This document shows, piece by piece, positions 52,416-61,816 of a DNA stretch of 64,000 bases. A program made the translations under genes and the position numbers. The DNA is from Acetivibrio sp. (lineage in GTDB: Bacteria > Bacillota > Clostridia > Lachnospirales > Lachnospiraceae): contig JAVBLX010000035.1 of NCBI GenBank assembly GCA_031553075.1, forward strand, positions 560-64,559. Reading direction: 5' to 3'. Numbering within the stretch: the first letter of the stretch is position 1; the number at the start of each line of letters is the position of its first letter. The notes beneath the pieces were generated by a model. That model was not told the origin of the DNA and did no database searches. It saw only the letters and a program-made list of their open reading frames with translations.

Positions 52416-54164
52416 ATGAGGGAAATAACCGTAACGATTAATAATATAGAACTAAAAGCGGATGAGGGAATTACGATTTTGGAGTGTGCAAGGAAAGCAG
52501 GTGCTTACATTCCAACCTTATGCCATATGAATTTTCACGATGCCGGAATGGTAAATCAAGTAGCCACCTGCCGGGTCTGCATGGTGGAGATAGAGGGCAG
52601 AAGAAACCTGGCAACCGCCTGCAATACATTGATTACAGATGGCATGAGAATACACACGAATTCCATAAAAGCCATCCAGGCCAGAAGACTTTCTTTGGAG
52701 CTGCTATTATCCAATCATCCCAAGGACTGTCTGGTCTGTGACCGAAACCTGAACTGTGAGCTGCAGCGGCTTGCGGCCAGACTTGGAGTTACAGAAATAA
52801 AATATAAAGGCAAGCAGTGGAATTTTGAGAAGGATGAATCCAGTCTGTCCCTCATTCGAGACCCCAATAAATGTATCCTTTGTCGCCGCTGTGAAACGAT
52901 GTGTAATACCATTCAAACAGTAGGCGTCTACTCCACCGTAAGCAGAGGCTTTAATACCATCATGAGCACAGCCTTTGGTAAGCCCATAATGGACACCAGT
53001 TGTACCTTTTGTGGTCAATGTGTATCCGTATGCCCCACCGGTGCCCTGACGCAGAAGGATAATGTAACAGCCGTATGGGATAAAATAAACGACCCTGACA
53101 AATATGTCATAGTTCAGACAGCCCCAGCAGTCCGTGTTGCCTTAGGCGAAGCGTTCGACTTACCTCTTGGTACAAGAGTAACCGGAAAGATGGTAGCAGC
53201 TTTACGGCGTCTGGGTTTTGATAAAGTATACGATACTGATTTTGCCGCTGACCTGACCATCATGGAAGAAGCCGCCGAACTAATCGATCGTCTAAAAAAC
53301 AATAAGCCTCTCCCCATTCTCACCAGCTGCTGTCCAGCCTGGGTAAGATTTATTGAGCACCAGTTCCCCGAACTTCTGGAGGTCCCCTCAACCTGCCGTT
53401 CCCCCCATGAAATGTTTGGAGCCATTGCAAAAACCTACCTGGCCCAAAAGCTGGGCATCAGCCCAGAAAAAATGGTAGTCGTCTCCATCATGCCATGTCT
53501 TGCCAAAAAATACGAAGCAGCCCGCCCAGAGCTTTCCTATGAAGAATACCAAAATGTAGACTTTGCCATATCTACTCGGGAATTAGCCAAAATGATAAAA
53601 GAAGCAGGCTTATGCTTTGCCGATTTGCCAGAAGAAGATTTTGACTCCATTATGGGAGCCTCCTCTGGGGCAGGAGTTATGTTTGGTACCACAGGAGGAG
53701 TAATAGAAGCCGCAGTAAGAACCGCCTATACCTGGCTTACCGGAGAAAAGCCACAGGAAGTAGAGTTTACCGACTTAAGGGGCTTGGAAGGACTTCGTGA
53801 AGCTTCCTATGATATAAACGGGCAAAAGATAAACATTGCAGTAGCCCACGGCTTGGGAAATGCCAGACGACTCCTGGAAGAAATCCGCGACCAGAAATCA
53901 AAATACCACGCAATTGAAATTATGGCCTGCCCTGGAGGGTGTGTAGGTGGCGGCGGGCAGCCATATCATAACAACAATCCGGAAATCTTAAGAAAAAGAG
54001 CAGAAGCCATTTATGAAGAAGACCGTTCCAAAGAAGTGAGATACTCCCATGAAAACCCGGAGATCAAGCTTCTATACGATGAATTTCTGGGAGAACCCTT
54101 TGGTGAAAAAGCCCATGAACTTCTCCATACCCACTTCACTAAAAATGGGGGACTTGGGAGTTAG
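52416..54164 (+). CDS. hndD: [FeFe] hydrogenase catalytic subunit (HndD/HydA-type)
   Basis: N-terminal 2Fe-2S and ferredoxin-like Cys clusters. H-cluster motifs TSCCPAW, MPCLAKKYE and EIMACPGGCVGGGGQP. Start chosen at MREITVTIN. Confidence 0.95.
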   Translation: MREITVTINNIELKADEGITILECARKAGAYIPTLCHMNFHDAGMVNQVATCRVCMVEIEGRRNLATACNTLITDGMRIHTNSIKAIQARRLSLELLLSNHPKDCLVCDRNLNCELQRLAARLGVTEIKYKGKQWNFEKDESSLSLIRDPNKCILCRRCETMCNTIQTVGVYSTVSRGFNTIMSTAFGKPIMDTSCTFCGQCVSVCPTGALTQKDNVTAVWDKINDPDKYVIVQTAPAVRVALGEAFDLPLGTRVTGKMVAALRRLGFDKVYDTDFAADLTIMEEAAELIDRLKNNKPLPILTSCCPAWVRFIEHQFPELLEVPSTCRSPHEMFGAIAKTYLAQKLGISPEKMVVVSIMPCLAKKYEAARPELSYEEYQNVDFAISTRELAKMIKEAGLCFADLPEEDFDSIMGASSGAGVMFGTTGGVIEAAVRTAYTWLTGEKPQEVEFTDLRGLEGLREASYDINGQKINIAVAHGLGNARRLLEEIRDQKSKYHAIEIMACPGGCVGGGGQPYHNNNPEILRKRAEAIYEEDRSKEVRYSHENPEIKLLYDEFLGEPFGEKAHELLHTHFTKNGGLGS

Positions 54165-54192
54165 TTATTAAACTAGGTTGGGAAAATCGGAC

Positions 54193-54462
54193 GCAACCCA
54201 GGAAAGGTTCGGCGGGAACGTGGGGGATGAGATGAAAAAAATCCACCTCCGCAGGGCAAGAAGGTCTAGGGCAAAGCATCTGGACTGTGGCTGGTTACGG
54301 GGCGGGCTCCAAGGTGCATCCGTGCACCAATCGCCCTGTCTCGGCATCCGTGCCTCGACTCCCTACGGTATCGAAGCTTTGCTTAAGACCTTCTAGCCCC
54401 GCTACGGAATGGATTTTTTTCATCTCATCCCCCACGTTCCCGCCGAACCTTTCCTGGGTTGC
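54193..54462. repeat. 270-nt GC-rich element closed by a perfect 53-bp inverted repeat (unclassified structured RNA or MITE-like element)
   Basis: 54193-54245 is the exact reverse complement of 54410-54462. Pairing continues inward: 54259-54267 with 54386-54394, and 54271-54277 with 54376-54382. The core has two hairpins on the same 10-mer GCATCCGTGC (54316-54325 and 54344-54353). Confidence 0.9.
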
Positions 54463-54706
54463 TGGTATTCTCAGCCGGTAGGTTTTATGACTAACGGGTG
54501 GCGTGTATGTATGTGGATACCCGGAAGTTTCTGAAAGCTTTTGGAGTAAAAAGATGGTTTTTGCTTTTTTTTGTCTGCAATTGGGAAGTGCTTCCAAACC
54601 CGTAGACAAGACTATCTTTTGCATTTAAAATCAAGGCAGTTAGTATATATGGATTGGTATTTTGTTGAATGGAAAGGGGTCCTTTAAGATGAGGAAAGGA
54701 AATACT

Positions 54707-56749
54707 ATGTTAAGAGGAATTAAGGTAAAGTTAATTGGAAGTTTTTTAATACCGATTGGTGCGATTATCATTCTTGGGGTAATGACATATCAAAATGCGG
54801 CACAAAATAATCGGAAGCATTATGAAGAAGCAACTCAATCGAATGTGGGTACGGTAGCAGGATATTTTGAAATGGGATTGAATGCCGTATCCTCCCAATC
54901 TCTGCAAATTGCAGAGACAGATGTCATAAAAGCATATTATGCCGGTGCATATGCAAATGATCCGCAAAAAGAAGAAAGTGCCTACAATGAATGCTATGAT
55001 GCCCTTTATTCCAGTGTGGTTTCCAATGATTTGGTCAGTGCCGGTTACATTGTGGGGCGATATGGGAAGAGTGTTTCATCCGTTACGAAGGGAGACTTCT
55101 TTAAAGGAAATAGCGATACTTTTTATCAATCCAAAGAATGTGAAGCATTTAATAACGCTGGTACGTTAGCGTACTGGGTAGGGTCACATCCCAGTATTGA
55201 TGGACTGATTGATCTTAATCGGTATGGATATTCTGTTTCTGTTATAAGAAATCTGCTGACCAATGCCAATCAAAAATGCGGCTATGTGATTTTAGACGTA
55301 AAAAAGGATTTGGTAGAGTCTATTTTAAATGATACTCAGCCAGAAGGCGGAACCACACTGGCTTTTATTACCAAGGACGGAACGGAAATTGTTGTTGGAA
55401 CGGAAGGGGAGGAGCCACTTCGTTTTTCGGATCAGGCTTTTTACCAGGAAGCTTTAGGCAGTGAAGAAGCAGATGGTTTAAAATACATAACCATGGATGG
55501 CAAAGAATATTTATTTACATATAGCCGGGCAGATGCCTATAATATCATGGTATGCAGTCTGGTGCCCAGTACGTTGATAATGGAATCCAGTGCTCAGGTT
55601 AAGAATATGACGGTGATTATTGTAGTGATTGCCTGTATCATTGCGTTTCTTACCAGTACTATTTTAGCAAACGGCATAGGTGGTGCTATTAAACGAACCA
55701 ATCGCGTGCTGGCAAAGGCAGCGGAAGGGGACTTGACGGTAGTATGTGACCTGAAGCGAAGGGATGAATTTGCCCGGCTGGGACATGGTCTTACGGATAT
55801 GATTAAAAGTATGGGAAATTTGATTCGTAAGATTACCGATTTGGGAAGTGAAGTGTCTACTTCGGCCCATTTAGTTTCTGAAAGCTCTCAGATTGTTCTT
55901 GTTTCTGTTCAGGAACTAAACGATGCGATTGTGGATATTGAGCGGGCTGCGGTGGAACAGGCTGAAAATTCGGATGTTTGCCTGACAAAGATGAATTATC
56001 TTTCGGAAAAAATCAGCAGTGTATCTCAAAATGCCAAGGATATGATTGTAATTGCCAATCAGACTAAGGATGCCGCAGTTACGGGAGAAAATGCAGTAGG
56101 CGGCCTGGAGGAAAAGGTAGAGGATACCACCAGAATAACCGAAAGTGTCATGGTTGCTATGGCAGGACTAATTGAAGAAACCAGATCCATCGAATCCATT
56201 GTGACCAGCATTAACGATATTGCCGAGCAGACCAATTTACTGTCGTTAAACGCTTCGATTGAGGCGGCCAGGGCAGGTGAGGCTGGCAAAGGATTTGCCG
56301 TGGTTGCGGATGAGATTCGAAAACTGGCAGCTGGATCTGGTGAGGCAGCCAGCCGAATTGTGGAAATTATTGAGCGGATCGAAAAGAAGACCCAAGCTAC
56401 GGCTAAAACAGTAGAAAATGCCAGAGGAATTGTTATGTCTCAGAAGGAGACCCTTGGAAACACAGTGGAATCCTTTCATTATGTAAATGAGTGTGTAGAA
56501 AATCTGGTGAGGAATCTTACGGTTATCGACGAAAACCTTGATAATATGGATAAAACCAGACTCAGTACCCTGGAGGTTATTCAGGACATTACCAGCTCAT
56601 CGGAACAGGTTGCGGCAACGGTAGTACAGTTAAGCGCAACGGCCTCCAATCAGTTAGGTGCCGTGGAGAAGCTTAATAATGCTTCCGAAACCCTGGGAGA
56701 AAAAGCAGGGGATATGGAAAATACCATCTCTGTTTTTAAGGTAGAATAG
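54707..56749 (+). CDS. Methyl-accepting chemotaxis protein with a large extracellular sensor domain
   Basis: TM, about 290-aa periplasmic-type domain, TM, HAMP, then the highly conserved signalling hairpin [35 protein letters not shown]. Start at MLRGIKVKL (GAGGAAAGGA RBS); an alternative ATG is at 54689. Confidence 0.92.
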   Translation: MLRGIKVKLIGSFLIPIGAIIILGVMTYQNAAQNNRKHYEEATQSNVGTVAGYFEMGLNAVSSQSLQIAETDVIKAYYAGAYANDPQKEESAYNECYDALYSSVVSNDLVSAGYIVGRYGKSVSSVTKGDFFKGNSDTFYQSKECEAFNNAGTLAYWVGSHPSIDGLIDLNRYGYSVSVIRNLLTNANQKCGYVILDVKKDLVESILNDTQPEGGTTLAFITKDGTEIVVGTEGEEPLRFSDQAFYQEALGSEEADGLKYITMDGKEYLFTYSRADAYNIMVCSLVPSTLIMESSAQVKNMTVIIVVIACIIAFLTSTILANGIGGAIKRTNRVLAKAAEGDLTVVCDLKRRDEFARLGHGLTDMIKSMGNLIRKITDLGSEVSTSAHLVSESSQIVLVSVQELNDAIVDIERAAVEQAENSDVCLTKMNYLSEKISSVSQNAKDMIVIANQTKDAAVTGENAVGGLEEKVEDTTRITESVMVAMAGLIEETRSIESIVTSINDIAEQTNLLSLNASIEAARAGEAGKGFAVVADEIRKLAAGSGEAASRIVEIIERIEKKTQATAKTVENARGIVMSQKETLGNTVESFHYVNECVENLVRNLTVIDENLDNMDKTRLSTLEVIQDITSSSEQVAATVVQLSATASNQLGAVEKLNNASETLGEKAGDMENTISVFKVE

Positions 56750-56842
56750 GTAAAATTTAATGGAAAATAATTTGTAATTTTTTGGGATTTTCAGAGGCTT
56801 TTTAGTTTTTTTATGATTTTACCATGATTTTGAAAAAAGTCA

Positions 56843-56871
56843 TTGACATATACCTGTCTATCTACTAAAAT
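56843..56871 (+). promoter_or_regulatory. Sigma-A promoter for rpsT
   Basis: TTGACA (56843-56848), 17-nt spacer, TAAAAT (56866-56871). This leaves a leader of about 90 nt before the rpsT start. Confidence 0.6.
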
Positions 56872-56965
56872 AATAGAGTATGTTTGCATCGGAACGAACC
56901 GTGTCTCCGGATCTGGTGCGACAAAAATATTAAATGAACATATTTATAAATTGGAGGTGTACAGA

Positions 56966-57229
56966 TTGGCAAACATTAAATCTGCAAAAAAGAGAATTCT
57001 CGTTAATCAGACCAAAGCTGCAAGAAATAAATCAATCCGTTCTGCGGTTAAGACTGCATGTAAGAAAGTAGACGCAGCGATCGCTGCAAATGACAAGGCT
57101 GCTGCTACAGCTGCTTTAGTTGCTGCTACAACCGTGATTGATAAAGCTACCAGCAAAGGTGTATATCATAAAAATACAGCTTCCAGAAAAGTATCTCGCT
57201 TATCACTTGCTGTAAACAAACTTGCGTAA
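56966..57229 (+). CDS. rpsT: 30S ribosomal protein S20
   Basis: TTG start lies 7 nt after GGAGGTG. (M)ANIKSAKKRILVNQTKAARNKSIRSAVKT... is 87 aa. The longer track ORF (56843) is an upstream artefact. Confidence 0.95.
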   Translation: MANIKSAKKRILVNQTKAARNKSIRSAVKTACKKVDAAIAANDKAAATAALVAATTVIDKATSKGVYHKNTASRKVSRLSLAVNKLA

Positions 57230-57255
57230 TTATATAAATTAAGTATTAACCCATG

Positions 57256-57282
57256 AAAAAACACGCTTAGGCGTGTTTTTTT
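57256..57282 (+). terminator. Intrinsic terminator after rpsT
   Basis: AAAAAACACGC-TTAG-GCGTGTTTTTT: a perfect stem with A and T tracts. Confidence 0.9.
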
Positions 57283-57466
57283 GTTGACATATTTTTATAG
57301 AGAAATTTCTGTGGTTAAATTGCTTTTGAGATGTTCGACATTGTATTAGACAATTAGGCAAAAGTTTTTATTAAAATGATAAATAGGAAAAGCAAGATAA
57401 TTAGTGGTTTTTCTGAATTGCGTTAAATTTTTCTTTGAATTTTTTCTAAATAGTTTTTTTCTTGGG

Positions 57467-57495
57467 TTGACAATCTTTGACAGTACTGGTATTAT
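57467..57495 (+). promoter_or_regulatory. Sigma-A promoter heading the surface-protein / EPS region
   Basis: TTGACA (57467-57472), 17-nt spacer, TATTAT (57490-57495). Confidence 0.5.
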
Positions 57496-57694
57496 AAGAA
57501 AAAAGAGACGGCTATTTGTTCATTTGTTGAATTGTAAATAGCTGTGATATTTTTTATCAAATTTTCTTAGAATAACTGTTATACGAAAATTCTTGTAAAC
57601 AGGCGGTATTTCAACGTTTTTCACAGGCATTTAGTGTTGTCGAATATAATTTCCCACTTTTAAAGAATAAAATATCATATTTTTTCCAATAATA

Positions 57695-57719
57695 GAGCCC
57701 TTTTGCGGGCTTTTTTTTG
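57695..57719 (+). terminator. Terminator-like hairpin inside the leader, about 50 nt before the Big_2 gene
   Basis: AGCCC-TTTTGC-GGGCT followed by T8. A second hairpin, TTCGTAGAA-N7-TTCTACGAA, lies at 57724-57748. Confidence 0.45.
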
Positions 57720-57771
57720 TGCTTTCGTAGAACAGTTATTCTACGAAGTTTATTATCAAGGAGGAAGAGAT

Positions 57772-59433
57772 ATGTTCAAAAAGTCAGAAATGAAAAGCCT
57801 GCTGAAAAAAAGCGCAGCGCTTCTCTTAGCATCTGCAGTCGTATTGAGCGGAATTCCTGCCCAAAGTGCAAATGCAGCCACCGCAGTAAAATCCATTACG
57901 GTAAGTGCTAAGGATAAGAAGACTGTCCTTACAAAAGGCAAGACTTATCAGCTATCAGTGGCTTATAAGCCAACTGGGGCAAAAGAAAAGGTTACCTATA
58001 CCACCAGCAATAAAAAAGTTGCTACGGTATCAGCGAAAGGTAATGTAAAGGCAATTAAATCAGGAAGCGTTAAGATTACTGCAAAAACAGCAAGTGGAAA
58101 ATCGGCTTCTGCTAATTTCCTGGTAGTGGATGCAAACGGAACCGTTTCAACACAGACCAATCTGAATAAGATGTTAGCGGCTAAAAATGTGAAAAAAATC
58201 ACAATTAAAAGTGCCAAGGAAGCAACCTATACCATTAAAAAAGGTACCTATACCGGCAAAGCATTAGTGGTAAATGCGCCACTCGCTGATGTGACTAATA
58301 ATGGTAATTTCAAAGCGATTACTATCCAGGATGTTAAAAATGGTACTTGGAAAGAAGTTGGTAAAAACAACAGCTTTAAGATTACCGATAAAGAGTTTTC
58401 CTTTATTGCAGATGCTAAAGCGGTAGTTAAAAATATCGTGGTTTCTGCTAAAAATGCAATTGCCAATTTTGAAGTGAAAGGAAAAGTTACAGCATTCTCC
58501 ACGACAGGAGCGAATGCGCATGTAACTTTGAATACAGCGGTAGGAAGCTCTGTTGGAACCATTAAGATTGAAGGTGACGGAACTGAATTTGCCGGACAGA
58601 TTAACGGTGCTGCAGATAAAATCGTCATTGATAGTAAGTCAGATGTTCTGATTACTGGTACTGCAGATATGATTCATGTTGAAGTAACGAAAGAGGCAGA
58701 GGGCGCTAAGATTGAAACAGCGGTTCCTGTGGAAATCGTTTCAGCAGCTAAGGTGGAAATCGTTGTAGATAAAGGGGCAGAAGGTACTACGATTGAGAAG
58801 GCTGATTCTAATGTGAAATTGGATGTAACCAATAACAGCTCAACTAAAGTAGAAGTTGGTGTGGTTGGATCGGATGCAAAGGAAGTAATTGACGCAGCGC
58901 CTGTAAGTAGTGGCGGCGGTGGTGGAAGTTCAGATTCTGGAAACAATACGCCTTCAAATCCTGTCACAGAGACAGTAAGTGGTACTGATTCAGGCAATTT
59001 TGTATTAACAAAAAGTCTTAGCCAGGTTTCATCAATTGCAGTGAAGATTGATACAACAAAAAATGGAAGCTTTGGCAGTGTTACACCGAAGACGGTTAAT
59101 AGTACCATGTTAGGTGTGCTGAAACTTTATTTGGATAGAGATCCGTTACTACAGTCCAGTTGGGATAATATTACAAGCAAAACAATAACAGGAGGTCCTA
59201 CTGGTGATGTATCTATTAGTTCAACTGGAACAGCAAACAAAAAAATTGTTACAGATAACACAGCAATATCGTATGAAGTAACAGTTAATTGTACAGCAGG
59301 TACTGTTTCTATTAAAAAGGATGGTTCGTCTATAACTTATACATTAAGTAAAAGTGGTGACAATACATTAAGCATTACTGCAAGTGATGGTAGTAAAGCA
59401 AACAAATTAGTTCAGTTTGTAGTAACCTACTAA
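57772..59433 (+). CDS. Secreted surface protein with an N-terminal Big_2 (bacterial Ig-like) domain
   Basis: ATG follows AGGAGGAAG. Signal peptide ...LLASAVVLSGIPAQSANA|AT. Big_2-like KSITVSAKDKKTVLTKGKTYQLSVAYKP...YTTSNKKVATVSAKGNVKAIKSGSVKITAKT. Contains a Gly/Ser linker. Confidence 0.8.
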   Translation: MFKKSEMKSLLKKSAALLLASAVVLSGIPAQSANAATAVKSITVSAKDKKTVLTKGKTYQLSVAYKPTGAKEKVTYTTSNKKVATVSAKGNVKAIKSGSVKITAKTASGKSASANFLVVDANGTVSTQTNLNKMLAAKNVKKITIKSAKEATYTIKKGTYTGKALVVNAPLADVTNNGNFKAITIQDVKNGTWKEVGKNNSFKITDKEFSFIADAKAVVKNIVVSAKNAIANFEVKGKVTAFSTTGANAHVTLNTAVGSSVGTIKIEGDGTEFAGQINGAADKIVIDSKSDVLITGTADMIHVEVTKEAEGAKIETAVPVEIVSAAKVEIVVDKGAEGTTIEKADSNVKLDVTNNSSTKVEVGVVGSDAKEVIDAAPVSSGGGGGSSDSGNNTPSNPVTETVSGTDSGNFVLTKSLSQVSSIAVKIDTTKNGSFGSVTPKTVNSTMLGVLKLYLDRDPLLQSSWDNITSKTITGGPTGDVSISSTGTANKKIVTDNTAISYEVTVNCTAGTVSIKKDGSSITYTLSKSGDNTLSITASDGSKANKLVQFVVTY

Positions 59434-59527
59434 TTTAAATTAAATAACAGGAAGTTTAATGGATATCTTTTGTTCATTAAACTTCCTAAAATATGACTCT
59501 ATTGCCAAAACAAAAAAGGGAAATAAC

Positions 59528-61066
59528 ATGAAAGCAAGTCAACGAATTTTTTTTGTCCTGATATCAGCAATCTCATTTATACTTTCATCACAGATGATCA
59601 ATGCGGGTAGCATTAATAGCAACGAAGCAGGAATTGTATCGGCTGTATCAGGGGCATTTGAACTGGATGGTGAGACCTATCAGGCAAAAAGCTCCTACAT
59701 CGCCGAGGTAAAAAGCTTCCTGGCATCTGATGAAGTGGATTTGACCGAGGAGCAGGCGCAAAGACTTATAGGAGAAATTCGTGGTAGTGTAGGGGACGCA
59801 ATTGCCAGTGGATATCTGATTCCGATTGAGAGAACCCCAGAAGGGTCAAAAGGAAAGGATGAAATAAGTTCAGAGACAGGCTCAAAATCCAATAATGGAT
59901 TAGTTGAAAAACCAATGGACCCAGAGAATGCTTCAAAGCCGAATTCGAATACCAATATAGTAAATGAAAATGAAGCCAGCAATACAGAGGTTCAGGAAAT
60001 TAGTGAGGGAGAGTTTGATTCCGAAATACATAATTCTGAAGGCACTATAAGCGATCAGGAAAACATGATAGTAAAGGACGAAGATTTGTCAGAATCGGAC
60101 GAAGCTTCGACTGAAAGATCTTCAACAGAAGGAACTCTGGTAGAAGAGAGCAAAAAGAATGATGCATCAGCATGGGCACAGCTAACCAGTGAAGCAGCAA
60201 AAACAAAAAAGGAAGAAAGAAATTCTTTTATGTTAAAGGTACTTTTGATTACAGTGGTAGCGGGTTCTACTACAGTTACAACGGTGTTCATAATACATAA
60301 AACGATACAAAAAACAAAAATCGCAGCAAGTTTACGCAAAATAGAGAATGGATATATTGACATCCATACACACATTTTACCCAAGGTAGATGATGGTTCC
60401 AAGAATATGGAGCAAACGATAGAAATGCTGAAAATGGCCCATTCACAAGGGGTAAGAGCAATTATTGCAACACCGCACTATGACTTGGGTCGAAGGATAA
60501 CGGTGGAAAAAATACAGGAAATTACCCAACGTGTCAGGGAAGAAGCGGAGAAAATTGATTGCAATTTTAAGATATATTCTGGTTGCGAGATATTTTACGA
60601 AGATGGATGTGTCCAGGCACTTAAGGAGAAGAAAGCCATGACCATGGCAGGGAGCCGCTATGTATTAGTGGAGTTTGGCATAGGAGAGGCCTACGACAGA
60701 ATTTACGCCGGAATGAAGGAAATGATTGCGGAGGGCTATATCCCTATTATCGCTCATATTGAGCGCTATGAATGCCTGCAAAAGAAAAGGGGGCGTGTAG
60801 CAGAACTAATCGAGCTGGGGTGTCTGATGCAGGTAAATCTAAAAAGCCTCCAGGGGAGTCCGTTTCAAAAGCCAGCAGCAAGCGCCAGACGGTATATAAG
60901 GGAAAATCAAGTGCATTTTCTGGCATCCGATTGTCACAATATCAAGACAAGAGGACCTCAGATTGAGGATATGCTGCGAAAAGCAAAAATTCATATTAAC
61001 GAAAATAACATAAATCAAATGTTATATATAAATCCAAGTAAAGTAATTGATAATAAGTACATTTAG
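59528..61066 (+). CDS. Membrane-anchored CpsB/YwqE-type (PHP) tyrosine-protein phosphatase fused to a long N-terminal extracytoplasmic acidic region
   Basis: N-terminal signal/anchor FFVLISAISFILSS, a roughly 220-aa Ser/Glu/Asn-rich region, the TM helix LKVLLITVVAGSTTVTTVFII, then YIDIHTHILPKVDDGS...ATPHY..., the canonical CpsB motifs. Confidence 0.8.
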   Translation: MKASQRIFFVLISAISFILSSQMINAGSINSNEAGIVSAVSGAFELDGETYQAKSSYIAEVKSFLASDEVDLTEEQAQRLIGEIRGSVGDAIASGYLIPIERTPEGSKGKDEISSETGSKSNNGLVEKPMDPENASKPNSNTNIVNENEASNTEVQEISEGEFDSEIHNSEGTISDQENMIVKDEDLSESDEASTERSSTEGTLVEESKKNDASAWAQLTSEAAKTKKEERNSFMLKVLLITVVAGSTTVTTVFIIHKTIQKTKIAASLRKIENGYIDIHTHILPKVDDGSKNMEQTIEMLKMAHSQGVRAIIATPHYDLGRRITVEKIQEITQRVREEAEKIDCNFKIYSGCEIFYEDGCVQALKEKKAMTMAGSRYVLVEFGIGEAYDRIYAGMKEMIAEGYIPIIAHIERYECLQKKRGRVAELIELGCLMQVNLKSLQGSPFQKPAASARRYIRENQVHFLASDCHNIKTRGPQIEDMLRKAKIHINENNINQMLYINPSKVIDNKYI

Positions 61067-61075
61067 GAGAATCCC

Positions 61076-61816
61076 ATGAACACAATGGATAACGACGAAA
61101 TTGAAATTGACCTGAGAGAGCTGTTTGGCCTTCTGCTTAATCGCCTGTGGCTGATTTTGCTGGTTGGAATACTTACAGCGGCGGCTGCCGGAGTGGGAAG
61201 CAAACTGTTGCTGACGCCTATCTATACTTCTGAGACACAGCTGTTCATTTTAAATAAAAGTGCATCCTTAACGTCCTTATCCTTAAGCGATTTGCAGATG
61301 GGAAGCCAGTTGACAAAAGACTATATGGTATTGGTGAAAAGCCGTCCTGTGTTGCAGCAGGTGATTGCAAATCTGGAGCTGAAAGAGATGGAGTATGAAG
61401 ATCTTCTGGAAATCATTACGATTACCAACCCAGCGGATACCCGAATACTCAAAATAGCAGCGGATTATCCTGACCCGGTGATGGCAAAAAGGATTGTGGA
61501 TGAAATTGCCGATGTGTCAAGAGAACGAATTGCTACCATTATGGATATGGAGCAGCCTAATATTGCTGAGGAAGGTTATGTGGCGAAAAACCAGACGAGT
61601 CCTAATATTTTGAAGAATACGGCAATTGGTGGGTTGATTGGAGCGGTGCTTACTATTTTCATTATCTGTATACTTTTCATACTGGATGACACGATTAAGT
61701 CGTCAGAGGATATTGAGAAATATTTGGGAATCAATACGATCGGCTTGATTCCGGTGGAAGACAGTGAGCTTCAGTCACCAGGGAAAAAGAAGAAGGCAAA
61801 GAAGAAAAAGAGATAG
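61076..61816 (+). CDS. Wzz/CpsC-type chain-length determinant (tyrosine kinase modulator)
   Basis: 246 aa. IDLRELFGLLLNRLWLILLVGIL N-terminal TM, a periplasmic-type domain, a second TM, and a Lys-rich tail. Confidence 0.88.
   Translation: MNTMDNDEIEIDLRELFGLLLNRLWLILLVGILTAAAAGVGSKLLLTPIYTSETQLFILNKSASLTSLSLSDLQMGSQLTKDYMVLVKSRPVLQQVIANLELKEMEYEDLLEIITITNPADTRILKIAADYPDPVMAKRIVDEIADVSRERIATIMDMEQPNIAEEGYVAKNQTSPNILKNTAIGGLIGAVLTIFIICILFILDDTIKSSEDIEKYLGINTIGLIPVEDSELQSPGKKKKAKKKKR

Noticed and set aside
54193-54462. Identity of the GC-rich hairpin element with RNase P RNA, tmRNA, SRP/4.5S, 6S RNA, a retron msr/msd or an invertible promoter.
   Set aside because: I looked for GGAAAGUCC-type P4 (RNase P), a GGGG...UCCACCA tRNA-like end (tmRNA), and the GGAA/AGCA helix-8 motif (SRP), and found none. 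No reverse transcriptase or invertase gene is adjacent, and the core is GC-rich with no promoter-like hexamers. It remains unclassified, not assigned.
54178-54624. Three overlapping ORFs in the track (72 aa +, 64 aa +, 109 aa -) in the hndD-MCP intergenic region.
   Set aside because: They are by-products of the perfect 53-bp inverted repeat. The + and - ORFs encode the same peptide, ATQERFGGNVGDEMKKIH, from the two arms. They have no SD and an Arg/Gly/Pro-rich composition typical of GC-rich non-coding sequence.
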